IMG/VR virus record: IMGVR_UViG_3300037155_000072
Span: 1 to 64,000 of that record
Length of the DNA stretch: 64,000 nucleotides
Origin: a virus
Direction: 5' to 3' (one strand)
Part shown: in pieces, positions 47,814-56,663 of the stretch
Layout of the letters: each line of letters opens with the position of its first letter
Numbering within the stretch: the stretch's first letter is position 1
Made by a program: the position numbers and the translations under genes
The notes under the pieces: generated by a model
Told to the model about the DNA's origin: nothing
What the model saw: only the letters and a program-made list of their open reading frames with translations
Database searches by the model: none

Positions 47814-48380
47814 TTAACCTTTCGCGGCATAGCCACAAAGCTTTCTCCGGAGAGCCTTCGCCACCGAGGGGGTAAGAGAGGACAGGGTTTTGCAAAAGTT
47901 CTGGCGGCGTTCTATTTCGTTCTCGATTGCTTCCCACAACGCGTCGAGCCCGGCCACGTGCAGCTCAATAGCGGACATCTGGCGCTCCAGAAGAACGAGA
48001 GTTGTTTTCTGCGCCGGAACTCGGGAGTCCAGCACCGTGCCGCGCCGTTGAAAAAGCTTGTAGGCGCGCTGGGCGTTCTCTCGTGTCGCACAAACCCGGT
48101 GCAAACGCCGGTCCAGTTTCTCCCAGGTCAGTGACTGGAGACGCACCGAGACTTTCTGCTCTTGGGGAATTGCAACCCGCTTGGACTCGAATACCGTAGC
48201 TCGTGCCTCGCGCCAAGTCTTTCGTTCGCTATTGGTTGAGTGTGCCAGGGGCGCACAAAGCATTTCTGTCGCGACTTCCTTGGGCAGGTGGTCTTTATCC
48301 ACGATTTTGAGTTGTTCGCCCCGGTTCCGTTGGTTGACGAATTCGGCATCCCGTCGATTTTGATTAATGTGATTATTCAT
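47814..48380 (-). CDS. Coiled-coil hypothetical protein
   Basis: 188-aa helical ORF overlapping the end of the ligase gene. Confidence 0.55.
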   Translation of the reverse strand: MNNHINQNRRDAEFVNQRNRGEQLKIVDKDHLPKEVATEMLCAPLAHSTNSERKTWREARATVFESKRVAIPQEQKVSVRLQSLTWEKLDRRLHRVCATRENAQRAYKLFQRRGTVLDSRVPAQKTTLVLLERQMSAIELHVAGLDALWEAIENEIERRQNFCKTLSSLTPSVAKALRRKLCGYAAKG

Positions 48381-49359
48381 TTGTATTAGTTTTGTTTGTG
48401 TCTTGTTTGTTTAAAATCTCCACCTCTTTGAAAACTGTCCAGCCCGAGGTGAGTTTGCCGAGATACCATTGCGCGAACCCTTGAACTACCCCTCGGAGAA
48501 TTCCCTGTTTAAACTCTGCGAAAAGTTCTTGCTTAATCCAATCAGACTCCTCGGCAAGTAAATCGGTTTGGAGCTCGGCGATGAGCGGACCGATGTCTTT
48601 GGCTTCCTGTTTCAAGACGCCCTGTTCGCGGAGGTGCTGCACGGCTTTCAACCACCGGGCTTCCGTTCGTAGCTTCTTGGTCAGCTTTTCACCAATCGGA
48701 CCAAATCCAGCCTCCCCCTTCGGGTGCGCTTTGAACCCCATTTTTTCTTTGAACTTGTCGCTGACTACCTTGGCCGTCATCGGATGCCCGGGGCGCTCGC
48801 CGTGGGATTTCGAATAGTTCTTGAGCACGAAGCCCTCGATTTTACAGCCTCCGAGGCTCGACTCAAGGTGTAGTAACGTCGAGGAAAAATCCGCGGTCGG
48901 TGCGGGCTGCCCATGCCACAGCCTCGCAACTACCTCCAGGCCCAAAAACATAGCGTGACGTTCCTTCTCCGCCACGTCCAGATATTCCCCGGAGGAGTCG
49001 ATAACGTCGAACAGCACCAGATTGCCCTTCGGCACCCGGCCGTATGTTAGGACGTTATGCTTCGGCTTGGCAAGGAATTCGCATTGATACGTCCAGCCCT
49101 CGCTTAGCACCGCGTCTTTAAAGCAGCGATGCGCGGATTCGACAGCGAGTTTAAACATGCCGGGATTTTCTTGGTCAATCACGGTGGACTTGCTACGGCA
49201 AATAAGCGCCATGAGTGCCCCCGTCATGGAATAGGCATCGGGCGCAACATTAAACGAAAATTGGCTGCCGTCGTATTTCTCTTCAACGACGACGGTGCCG
49301 TCGAGGATACCGGCGGTGTGCCGTTCGCCCAGGCGATATATTTTTGGTATTGTAGTCAT
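48373..49359 (-). CDS. ATP-dependent RNA ligase (Rnl2-like nucleotidyltransferase)
   Basis: Motif I EEKYDGSQ, CEF, LFDV, EGFVLK, AKVVSDKFKE; helical C-terminal domain and no OB domain. Confidence 0.8.
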   Translation of the reverse strand: MTTIPKIYRLGERHTAGILDGTVVVEEKYDGSQFSFNVAPDAYSMTGALMALICRSKSTVIDQENPGMFKLAVESAHRCFKDAVLSEGWTYQCEFLAKPKHNVLTYGRVPKGNLVLFDVIDSSGEYLDVAEKERHAMFLGLEVVARLWHGQPAPTADFSSTLLHLESSLGGCKIEGFVLKNYSKSHGERPGHPMTAKVVSDKFKEKMGFKAHPKGEAGFGPIGEKLTKKLRTEARWLKAVQHLREQGVLKQEAKDIGPLIAELQTDLLAEESDWIKQELFAEFKQGILRGVVQGFAQWYLGKLTSGWTVFKEVEILNKQDTNKTNTNE

Positions 49360-49363
49360 AATC

Positions 49364-49669
49364 TCAAAGAACCGCTGACACATTATCAGACTCTACCGAA
49401 GGTGCAACCCCTATTTCACTGATTTCTACGATTTCAGTTTCGATAATAGGTTGGTTAAGTTCAGCACAGAAATCTACTGCCACCTTTACCAGCCGGTCAA
49501 ACACGAACGGGGGCACCACGTAACCGCACGGGCCGCCCGAGGATGAAATGATTATTTTCTCCGGACCGTTCCATCCATAAGAGATTTGACCGTGCTTAAA
49601 CTCCTCGCGCAAGACAGAGATTTCGTAGTAAGTCCCCGAGCATCCGAAAACATTGACTTTCCATTTCAT
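49364..49669 (-). CDS. Hypothetical protein
   Basis: 101-aa ORF in an operon. Confidence 0.5.
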   Translation of the reverse strand: MKWKVNVFGCSGTYYEISVLREEFKHGQISYGWNGPEKIIISSSGGPCGYVVPPFVFDRLVKVAVDFCAELNQPIIETEIVEISEIGVAPSVESDNVSAVL

Positions 49670-50470
49670 AATATTGGTAATTCATGGACCTGATATAGTG
49701 GCGCACCCTCAGTAGGCTCGGGGAGGTTAGCCCACACATGCGCCGGAGCTAAAGACTTCGATTGCACTCCATTCTCATCCAGGCTCGCAGTCCAGCCATA
49801 ATAGCAGACCCTAATCGCGTAATCAAACTGAGGCGTGAGCTGGCGCGGATTATCAGGCGGCGCAAGTTTAGGCGCGGTTTCCATTGTCAAGGCTCCATAA
49901 AAGTCCAATCCTCGCCAAACACAGTCTGCTCAGCTTTGGACGGTTCGCCGTTCTTCTTAAGAATTCGACAAGTCAACCAGGGCTGACAGTCGTCGTCATC
50001 GAAGCTGTGATGTTGAAAAGCGACGACTTGTAACACGTTGCGCTTTCCTTTTGTGCGCACTCGGCAACCCACCGTCACCCCGAAGTTACGACGCCAGTGC
50101 TCTTCTCGAATACTCCTCAATGAACTTTTCATTGAGGCCCAGCGCGATGAGAGCTCTGCGCTCCGACTCCGTAACCACTGCGCGACTTGCCCGAGATATT
50201 CGAGACTGCAACCTTTTAAATCGCTTTTCTCTATATCGCTCGCACTCGTCGATTTCGTCGAGGAGGTAGGGCAGGGCGTGCCGGGCGGCCACCCAGAAGT
50301 AATAGAGTCGCCAGCAGTGGATGCAATCGGTTTCTGGTCGAGGAATTTTCCGCAGTAGCACAAATCCGTCCCCGAGAAGGAAGCGGCTGATGGATTTATG
50401 TTGTGCGATTTTGTAGTGGTGTTTTTCACATTCGATACAGGTTCGGCCGTTTATTGGCGACCAGCGCAAA

Positions 50471-51046
50471 TCAGCCCGGCGGGATTTGCGTTTGGGTTTT
50501 GTCCACATTTAGCGAGGCCCTCTCGGTCATTTCCTGCACGCTCTTCGCCGCGTCTGCGTCACTACATTCACAGCGGCGCATTAACTCAGCAACTGAAATC
50601 GACACTCCGTCGTTACCGTGCAGTAGATATTTTTCAGGGTCCGTAAGGGCTTCAACCGTCTGTTGGCCGTGCGAAACCACCCTTACCCGGTCCTGGTAAG
50701 CCGATTTGATTTTCGCACGCTGCACCAGAAAAGCGTCAATCCTGCGCTTGTATTCACGGGCCAAATTCTCCCAATGACCGGCTTCGCCTAGTTTACGAAA
50801 AGACTTACTGTCCCGTTCCGCCTTCTGAAGTTTAACGAGGTATTTTTGTGTCAGCCGCTGTGATTGGGCCAGCATACGTTCATAGCCATCTGCAAAATCC
50901 TCCGCTTTCCACTTCGCTTCGCGTTCTTCCCGATACCACCGCCCGTGAACCAGCGAAAACATATCTGGGCACTGAGTAATCAGCCCCCACATACCGAATG
51001 CGCCACACACCGCACCGACCACCATAAGAAAGAAAAGCCCCATCAT
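50471..51046 (-). CDS. Membrane-anchored coiled-coil protein
   Basis: N-terminal TM segment followed by charged helices. Confidence 0.55.
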   Translation of the reverse strand: MMGLFFLMVVGAVCGAFGMWGLITQCPDMFSLVHGRWYREEREAKWKAEDFADGYERMLAQSQRLTQKYLVKLQKAERDSKSFRKLGEAGHWENLAREYKRRIDAFLVQRAKIKSAYQDRVRVVSHGQQTVEALTDPEKYLLHGNDGVSISVAELMRRCECSDADAAKSVQEMTERASLNVDKTQTQIPPG

Positions 51047-51327
51047 TGTATCCTCCTAAAATTCTTTTCCCAAAGTTCTTTTGCTATGACTGTTGCCACC
51101 TCGGTGACAAACTCCTCGCGCAGCAAAGGCATCTCGCGATGCATTAACTCATGAATCAGTGTATCCAGATAATCTAATGGGCGCAGCCGAGGGTCTACCT
51201 CGATTGCGCCACTACTCTGATAGCATACGCCCCAGCCTGGATGCCCCTTACTATAGGGACCTTTCTTGGTCTGGTTGCGCTCGATGACCGGCGGGTAGGT
51301 CTTGCTGGTGTTGAGTTTGACTCTCAT
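51043..51327 (-). CDS. Minimal zincin-like metallopeptidase
   Basis: DTLIHELMH...EE.V. Confidence 0.65.
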   Translation of the reverse strand: MRVKLNTSKTYPPVIERNQTKKGPYSKGHPGWGVCYQSSGAIEVDPRLRPLDYLDTLIHELMHREMPLLREEFVTEVATVIAKELWEKNFRRIQ

Positions 51328-51874
51328 TTCCTGGCTCTTGGTATGAACTCTCTCACTTCGTCCCAGGTGTAACTGAAGCAGCCAGAGTAGTTACAGCGAT
51401 ACGCGTCGCCTGAACCCCCTACCCGGACCACCGTTTTCAGTCGGCGGCACAGGGGACACGTCACCCGCAACGGATTTACTGAGGTCACGGCACTCACAGC
51501 ATTCTTCGACGGCGGTGCATCCACAATTTGAACTCCGTCCAGAATCAGGTCCGCCAGTGACGCCCGTATCCGAATCTCCGGCCGGTGTTGATTTGCCTCG
51601 CAGGTCAATCCCGTCGCTAGCAGCTCCGCTTCGCTGTAGGGGGGATGGTCGTTGTATTCCGCCATCACCCTCTCGTTCTGTTTCGCACGCTCTAAAGCTG
51701 TTCGCTGGAGCGACTGGACTACCATAGCTCTTGCGGCTGCGATTGTTTCCACTGGGTTCGAAGCCAGTGGCAGGTGTGCCAAAGTTGATTTCGTCATAGT
51801 TGTGTCTCCATCCCGGCGACCGTTCTTTGTCGCCTTTTCCTGCGCAGTGATTTAGTTCATTCATAAGAAAAAAC

Positions 51875-51948
51875 GTGCTGGCCTACTTTCTTTTGCCCGG
51901 ACCAACGCGGGAGTTCTGGCCTATTTTATAAACACCGGACCAGCGCGG
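51875..51948 (-). repeat. Two imperfect 36-nt tandem repeats in an intergenic region
   Basis: 51875-51910 and 51913-51948, both GTnCTGGCCTAnTTT...CCGGACCAnCGCGG on the + strand. Confidence 0.75.
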
Positions 51949-51963
51949 CACAGCGAGTTAGCT

Positions 51964-52341
51964 TCAGGCCGTCTTGGCAACCTCTTCAGTGGCCTGCGCG
52001 CGGTTGGCGGCATTCTGGTAATCAATGCGGGTCAGCGCGCGCTGAAGCAGGGCAGTGAAGCCGGTAATCAGCGGCGTGTATTCCTGATTGATTGCGACCC
52101 AGCAGCCGAAAAACTCTTCAGCATGCGCCAGCAAGGCACCGTGCAGAAAATTAATTAGGCCCGCCTTCTCCGCATCATCGCGAGGGTTGGATATTGCATT
52201 TGCGTTGAGCTGCTTCAGCTTCGCATAGGCACCGATGATTTGCTGCGCTTCCGCAGGAGTCAGTGAGGTGCGCGGTGCAACAGCGGGGTTGGGTTCGCCG
52301 GTGGGTGTGGTGGGTTGTCCATTAACATTTACGATGCTCAT
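51964..52341 (-). CDS. Hypothetical protein
   Basis: 125-aa ORF with biased codon use. Confidence 0.6.
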   Translation of the reverse strand: MSIVNVNGQPTTPTGEPNPAVAPRTSLTPAEAQQIIGAYAKLKQLNANAISNPRDDAEKAGLINFLHGALLAHAEEFFGCWVAINQEYTPLITGFTALLQRALTRIDYQNAANRAQATEEVAKTA

Positions 52342-52535
52342 GTATTAGTTTGTGTTGTTTTGTTTAACTATGCGTTGAATCTATCATGGTGCGTCAGGCA
52401 CCACAACCTCTAAGTGAAAGAAAAACTGGGTGCCGTCGTGTCCCCGGGCGAGTGTGGTTTTAACTGGAAAAATATCCATTCCCAAACACCACACTAGAAT
52501 TTTCTCCAGGTCCCACTTCGATGGAAATATCCAGG

Positions 52536-53336
52536 TCATGATACCTCATCCCCGGCGATGGTGTCGGAGATACGTTTAAACGTGTCGGCACAGTCCGGTA
52601 TGGCGTTGATTGCGTTTTGGAGATTGGCAAATCTTTGAGTCGTCTCCTGATACCTAGACTCCTCCTCCCGGCAGGCACGGCTCATATCTTCCTGCTGTTG
52701 CGTGCCCATGTCTGCTAACCGGGTGAGTAGTTGAGTGAGTTGTTGTTCGAGTTGGCTAATGTGCTTGTTCATGCCCAGCAGCTCACCGCGTATCGTGAGA
52801 AAACCCTGGCGTTGCTCGTCGAGTAGCTGCTCCAGGGCGTCCCGAATCGATTCGTTAGTGCCCTTCCCTACCGCTTTCAACGCAACCTGCTCCGACAGCT
52901 CCTCCGCCGAAGGAAGGAGCTTCAGACTAATCAGGATGTTCTCGTAATCCTCCAGCAGCCCGCGATGGACTGGCTCCTCCCCCATATCTCGGGAGGCTTG
53001 GTCCAGTGAAAAATTGAACCGAGTGGGGAGTGCGCCGCCACGCTTGCGATACTTCCAAAAGAAAAGCAGCGCCATGTCCGCAATCCGAAGCGCATTTAGG
53101 TAGTCCTTTTGCGGGAGTTGGCCCACGGTGATTTGTTGGCCGCATACCAGGACACGGACCAACAGCTTAGGGTGCTTCGAGTCGGGCCGCAGGAGACTCA
53201 CGTTGCACCACTCGGCGGTCTGGAGTGCGAGGAGGGCGGCACGCGCTTCGCTGTCCGCGTGAAGCTTTGTCATGAAGCCCGTGGTGTTAATTAGCTCCTG
53301 GTGCGCCCGGAGCTGAGGGTATTTTGGTTTGTTCAT
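52536..53336 (-). CDS. Hypothetical protein, first gene of the leftward arm (AP2-like N-terminus, coiled-coil C-terminus)
   Basis: Leaderless start after TTGTAG-N17-TATGGT; ALRIADMA.L.FW...FNF resembles an AP2 helix. Confidence 0.55.
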   Translation of the reverse strand: MNKPKYPQLRAHQELINTTGFMTKLHADSEARAALLALQTAEWCNVSLLRPDSKHPKLLVRVLVCGQQITVGQLPQKDYLNALRIADMALLFFWKYRKRGGALPTRFNFSLDQASRDMGEEPVHRGLLEDYENILISLKLLPSAEELSEQVALKAVGKGTNESIRDALEQLLDEQRQGFLTIRGELLGMNKHISQLEQQLTQLLTRLADMGTQQQEDMSRACREEESRYQETTQRFANLQNAINAIPDCADTFKRISDTIAGDEVS

Positions 53337-53387
53337 GCCGCCACCATACCAGCCTCTACCACGAACTACAACCTCATTTCATTAAGT

Positions 53388-53565
53388 CATTACATTAGGT
53401 CGTCGGCATGCCTACAGGCCCCCCCAGCAGCCTCCTACTGTTTTACATCGCCCCACTACATCTTTTCTGTATATAATTTTTCATAGCATAACTATGTAAG
53501 ACCTATGTAAAACAGTAGAAGGATGCTGGGGGGGTTTGTAGGCATGCCAACGACCTATTGCAATG
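53388..53565. repeat. Long imperfect inverted repeat, candidate replication origin
   Basis: Arms 53388-53448 and 53505-53565 (54/61 complementary by my alignment) around a 56-nt spacer with an AT-rich core. Confidence 0.85.
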
Positions 53566-53594
53566 GATTAATAATACAGTTGATTAGTAGTTGG

Positions 53595-53624
53595 TTGACG
53601 CCCAGCCTCGGGTCAGCGACACCT
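53595..53624 (+). promoter_or_regulatory. Phage-type promoter TTGACG-N15-GCGACACCT
   Basis: Third exact TTGACG-N15-GCGAC copy; starts the rightward arm. Confidence 0.6.
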
Positions 53625-53628
53625 TTTC

Positions 53629-53796
53629 GTGAACAAGCCTTCCGATGTCGCCAAACGCCTATTCGCGGGCTCCCCTCCAGGGATACGCAAGTTGGCCACC
53701 CAGTCTCGTAAAGAGCGCAGGGAGACAGCGCGGAAGGAGTTTAAACGCACCCAGCAGGAGATTGGTGCTTGGCAACAACAGAAGCCCCGAACATGA
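53629..53796 (+). CDS. Small basic protein, 55 aa (not in the ORF track)
   Basis: GTG start just after the promoter; stop overlaps the next ATG (ATGA). Confidence 0.5.
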   Translation: MNKPSDVAKRLFAGSPPGIRKLATQSRKERRETARKEFKRTQQEIGAWQQQKPRT

Positions 53797-53984
53797 GCAA
53801 CCAGACCATCGAAGTAACTCGGCGCGATTTGCGCCTACTATGCACTGCGATTGAAAGTCGCAAAGACCGCATCGCCCCATCGGAGTTCCGCATAGTGGAG
53901 AACCTGAAGATTCTCGGCGCGCAGGACCACACTGGAACCGTGTTCATTCCCACTCCCCTCTACGACATTTTTCTAAGCTTATGA
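53793..53984 (+). CDS. Hypothetical protein
   Basis: MSNQTIEV; ATGA coupling on both sides. Confidence 0.55.
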   Translation: MSNQTIEVTRRDLRLLCTAIESRKDRIAPSEFRIVENLKILGAQDHTGTVFIPTPLYDIFLSL

Positions 53985-54211
53985 GTAAACTAACAGGAAT
54001 GGACCGCTGCCCCAGGTGCGGCCACAAATCAGTTGATTGGGACAATCGCATGTGCGCACGCATTGAATGCCGCGCGCCATTGCTGCGCCAGGGCGATAGC
54101 GCAATCAAGCTGGACCCCGAGCAACCTTGGTATATGTGGATTGTGCGCGGTGCCAATGGGCGAACCGGCTGGTTCCGCAAGCCCTTCGTGACTCAATTCA
54201 AAAACTGGTGA
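53981..54211 (+). CDS. Small zinc-finger protein
   Basis: CPRC...C....C. Confidence 0.55.
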   Translation: MSKLTGMDRCPRCGHKSVDWDNRMCARIECRAPLLRQGDSAIKLDPEQPWYMWIVRGANGRTGWFRKPFVTQFKNW

Positions 54212-54214
54212 CGT

Positions 54215-55030
54215 ATGGTCGGTGAATCAGATTTGCAGACTCTACGAATGAAGGACGCTCAGCGCCGGGCCGAGGAGGCATTACGTGAATGCAACCGTGA
54301 CGTGCCCGTGGCGCGCGGCTACACCGAGGTGCCATTTGACCGAGAGCAGGCTTTTCTACTTTACGCATCCTTCAGTGGCGACATCACACGCACTGCACAC
54401 GCCCTCGGCACCTCGGCCGAGGTGGTGATAAAGATTGTCGAGGAGGGCGACTGGCATACTCGGCTCAAGGCTGTGCTGTTGCTTCGTGGGTGTGGCCGCC
54501 CCGGTGACGTAGAGCGCAGTATAAATCGAAGCGTGAATTTTGCCCAGGCCCATCGAGCCCGGCTTTTCCTTGAGCGCCTTATCACCAAGATATACCGGCT
54601 GACTGATGATGAGCTTCAGGAGTATTGCTTCATGACCGAGACCAAGACTCGTAAGGACAAGGTGACTGGCGAGGTTGAGGAGACAACCGAGAAGAAGATT
54701 TCAACCCGGCCGTTCGCAGACCTTGCGAGCGCAATCGAGAAGATACACAACCTCACCTATGTCGCCCTGGCGGACAGCGCCGCAGAGCGTAAGGGCAGAG
54801 CAGAGCGTGAGGCATCGGAGGACACCACACCCACCTTGGACATCCATGCGGCTATCAGCGCAGCGGTAGCGGCCGCCCAAGGCGACGGCGGGCCTCGTGC
54901 TCAACTCTTCGAGGGCCAGCTTGAGCAGGTCAAGAACCTTGCGGCCGAGCACGAGATAATCAAGGACCAGAAGCTGGCCGGGACTCGTGACGACCTGACT
55001 ATTCACCCACTCCACCCACTAGCAACATGA
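54215..55030 (+). CDS. Putative terminase small subunit
   Basis: N-terminal HTH (AFLLYA...TRTAHALG......DW..R), helical oligomerisation-like region, upstream of terL in the late arm. Confidence 0.45.
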   Translation: MVGESDLQTLRMKDAQRRAEEALRECNRDVPVARGYTEVPFDREQAFLLYASFSGDITRTAHALGTSAEVVIKIVEEGDWHTRLKAVLLLRGCGRPGDVERSINRSVNFAQAHRARLFLERLITKIYRLTDDELQEYCFMTETKTRKDKVTGEVEETTEKKISTRPFADLASAIEKIHNLTYVALADSAAERKGRAEREASEDTTPTLDIHAAISAAVAAAQGDGGPRAQLFEGQLEQVKNLAAEHEIIKDQKLAGTRDDLTIHPLHPLAT

Positions 55031-55341
55031 TTAGACCAATGACAGTTTATGGGCTCGTTGCATCTGACGCTCCCACGTGCATTCGATACGTAGGCATGAC
55101 GGGGCTCCCCTTCAATACACGAGCTCGACTACATCAGGTGTGTCCCACCAACCCCAAGATGAGGGCGTGGTTCGGCGCAGTGAAATCGAGACGAGCAAAG
55201 GTCGGCGCGGTGACATTGGGCCGCTACTCTAATCTGGCCGGGGCAGCGCGCGGGGAGCGTTGCTGGTTTGACCTTCTCTCGTGGTATTCGGAGCTGCTTA
55301 ATGGTGTGGTCCCGGGCACCAACCAGCGACTGGCAGCGTAA
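55027..55341 (+). CDS. GIY-YIG endonuclease-like protein
   Basis: VYGL...IRYVGMT...R...H...ER.W...LLN. Confidence 0.7.
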   Translation: MIRPMTVYGLVASDAPTCIRYVGMTGLPFNTRARLHQVCPTNPKMRAWFGAVKSRRAKVGAVTLGRYSNLAGAARGERCWFDLLSWYSELLNGVVPGTNQRLAA

Positions 55342-55692
55342 GCGAGTCCGAACCGAAAGTGTCCCGTGTTTGGACAGTGTGCTCGGCCTCCGCTCTATTG
55401 TAGGGCCTATACCACTACAGGTTGTGGTGTGACAAGGCTCACCACCATTAGGCCAGTGCGCCTTTCTTTAGAAAGATTTCCAATACCCCCGACCCGCACC
55501 TGGAGCCGCGCAGGGCGGCTAGCCGCGGCCGGTCGGCGGCACGAGGTGCCCCGGCCCTCCCAAAATCGGCCGGGGGTGTCGGGGGGTTTTTCGTGGCACG
55601 ATTCTCGCTTAGTGGCTCAAACGAGAGATGAAAAAACTGGTATCGAAAAAAAAAGGTTGTGGCCCCGGCCGCCCCGTGCTAAGGTTTGCGCC

Positions 55693-56013
55693 ATGAGCAA
55701 TACTCCTCCGACACCGATTGAGCAGTCCCAGGCGGACTACGACCATTTCTATGCGCACCCTATGCTGACCATGGAGTCGGCGGCTCTACTCGCCAACGCA
55801 ACCGCCCTGAACCGGCAGACGGCCCTCCGCGCGGAGGCCTGGGAGAAACCTCCCGTGACCGTCCCGATTCACCCGGACCTGGACGAGCTGTCCCAGGAGC
55901 TCCTAACGACCCGGACTTACCTCGCCCGGTTGTGCAGCTTGGTTGACCACAACAGCAGCGCCCTCACCGCCGAAGTTCGAGACCTACTTTTCGAAATCAA
56001 AACAAACCTGTAA
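55693..56013 (+). CDS. Hypothetical protein (leaderless)
   Basis: MSNTPPT start 7 nt after a TTGTGG...TGC-TAAGGT promoter. Confidence 0.55.
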   Translation: MSNTPPTPIEQSQADYDHFYAHPMLTMESAALLANATALNRQTALRAEAWEKPPVTVPIHPDLDELSQELLTTRTYLARLCSLVDHNSSALTAEVRDLLFEIKTNL

Positions 56014-56016
56014 AAT

Positions 56017-56367
56017 ATGAGCAACCAAATCTCCTCTGGATTAGACCCGCGCATAGTCTCCGCCTACGACGCCTCAATAACCCTCAGTGGCACCCCCGAG
56101 TGCCGCGCGCGGCTCGTGCAGGCCCACGTGCAGCTCATCACTTCCGGGGCGGTCGAGTTGGAGAAGCAAATCCAGTCTCTTCAGATGGAGGTAGTCCATT
56201 TGAGGGATGAGGTCCAGAAGTGGAAGGGCTACACCGGTAAGCTCCAGCTTTTTCTCATCGCCATAGAGCGGCACATTCTCGGCCGGGACTCGTTTGCTAT
56301 TCGGGACTTCAATCACGTGAACTTCGCCGCCGATACGAAAAAAATTCTCGAAGAAACTTCGAAATAA
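56017..56367 (+). CDS. Coiled-coil hypothetical protein
   Basis: 116-aa ORF. Confidence 0.55.
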   Translation: MSNQISSGLDPRIVSAYDASITLSGTPECRARLVQAHVQLITSGAVELEKQIQSLQMEVVHLRDEVQKWKGYTGKLQLFLIAIERHILGRDSFAIRDFNHVNFAADTKKILEETSK

Positions 56368-56370
56368 CGG

Positions 56371-56418
56371 TTGTGGTTTTTCGGGGTTGTGGTAACGTAT
56401 GGATAGTTCTTTGTCAAT
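56371..56418 (+). promoter_or_regulatory. RNA-island promoter plus boxA-like element
   Basis: TTGTGG-N16-TAACGT with TG extension, then GTTCTTTGTCAAT (56406-56418), repeated exactly at 57049-57061. Confidence 0.6.
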
Positions 56419-56494
56419 CGCGGGGTAGCTCAGAGAAAGAGCACCGGGGTGTATTCCCCGGAGGTCGGAGGTTCAATTCCTTCTCCCGCGACCA
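56419..56494 (+). tRNA. tRNA with abnormal 8-nt anticodon loop (GTA after U33; identity unclear)
   Basis: CGCGGGG/TCCCGCG acceptor, GCTC/GAGC D-stem, CCGGG-GTGTATTC-CCCGG, GGAGG-TTCAATT-CCTTC, ACCA. Confidence 0.8.
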
Positions 56495-56503
56495 ATTTTA
56501 AAT

Positions 56504-56580
56504 TGCGGGGTGGAGCAGCCTGATAGCTCGTCGCGCTCATAACGCGAAGGTCGGTGGTTTAAATCCACCTCCCGCAACCA
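56504..56580 (+). tRNA. tRNA-Met(CAT), initiator-like variant
   Basis: Body closely resembles bacterial tRNA-fMet (GGAGCAGCCTG..AGCTCGTCG.GCTCATAAC.CGAAGGTC); encoded CCA. Confidence 0.9.
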
Positions 56581-56583
56581 ATT

Positions 56584-56656
56584 TGGGCGGTCGTCTAACA
56601 ATGTAGGACACCGGTCTTGACCGGAAAAGTAGGATTCTAAACCTGCCCGCCCGCCA
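56584..56656 (+). ncRNA. tRNA-like RNA with a collapsed anticodon loop (Gln/Glu-like body)
   Basis: GGGCGG/CCGCCC acceptor, GTCT..AGGAC D-arm, CCGGT-CTTG-ACCGG, GTAGG/CCTGC T-arm, GCCA end. Confidence 0.7.
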
Positions 56657-56663
56657 ATCTAAT

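Noticed and set aside
51875-51948. 36-nt repeats as a mini CRISPR array
   Set aside because: Only two imperfect copies separated by 2 nt, with no spacer of CRISPR length.
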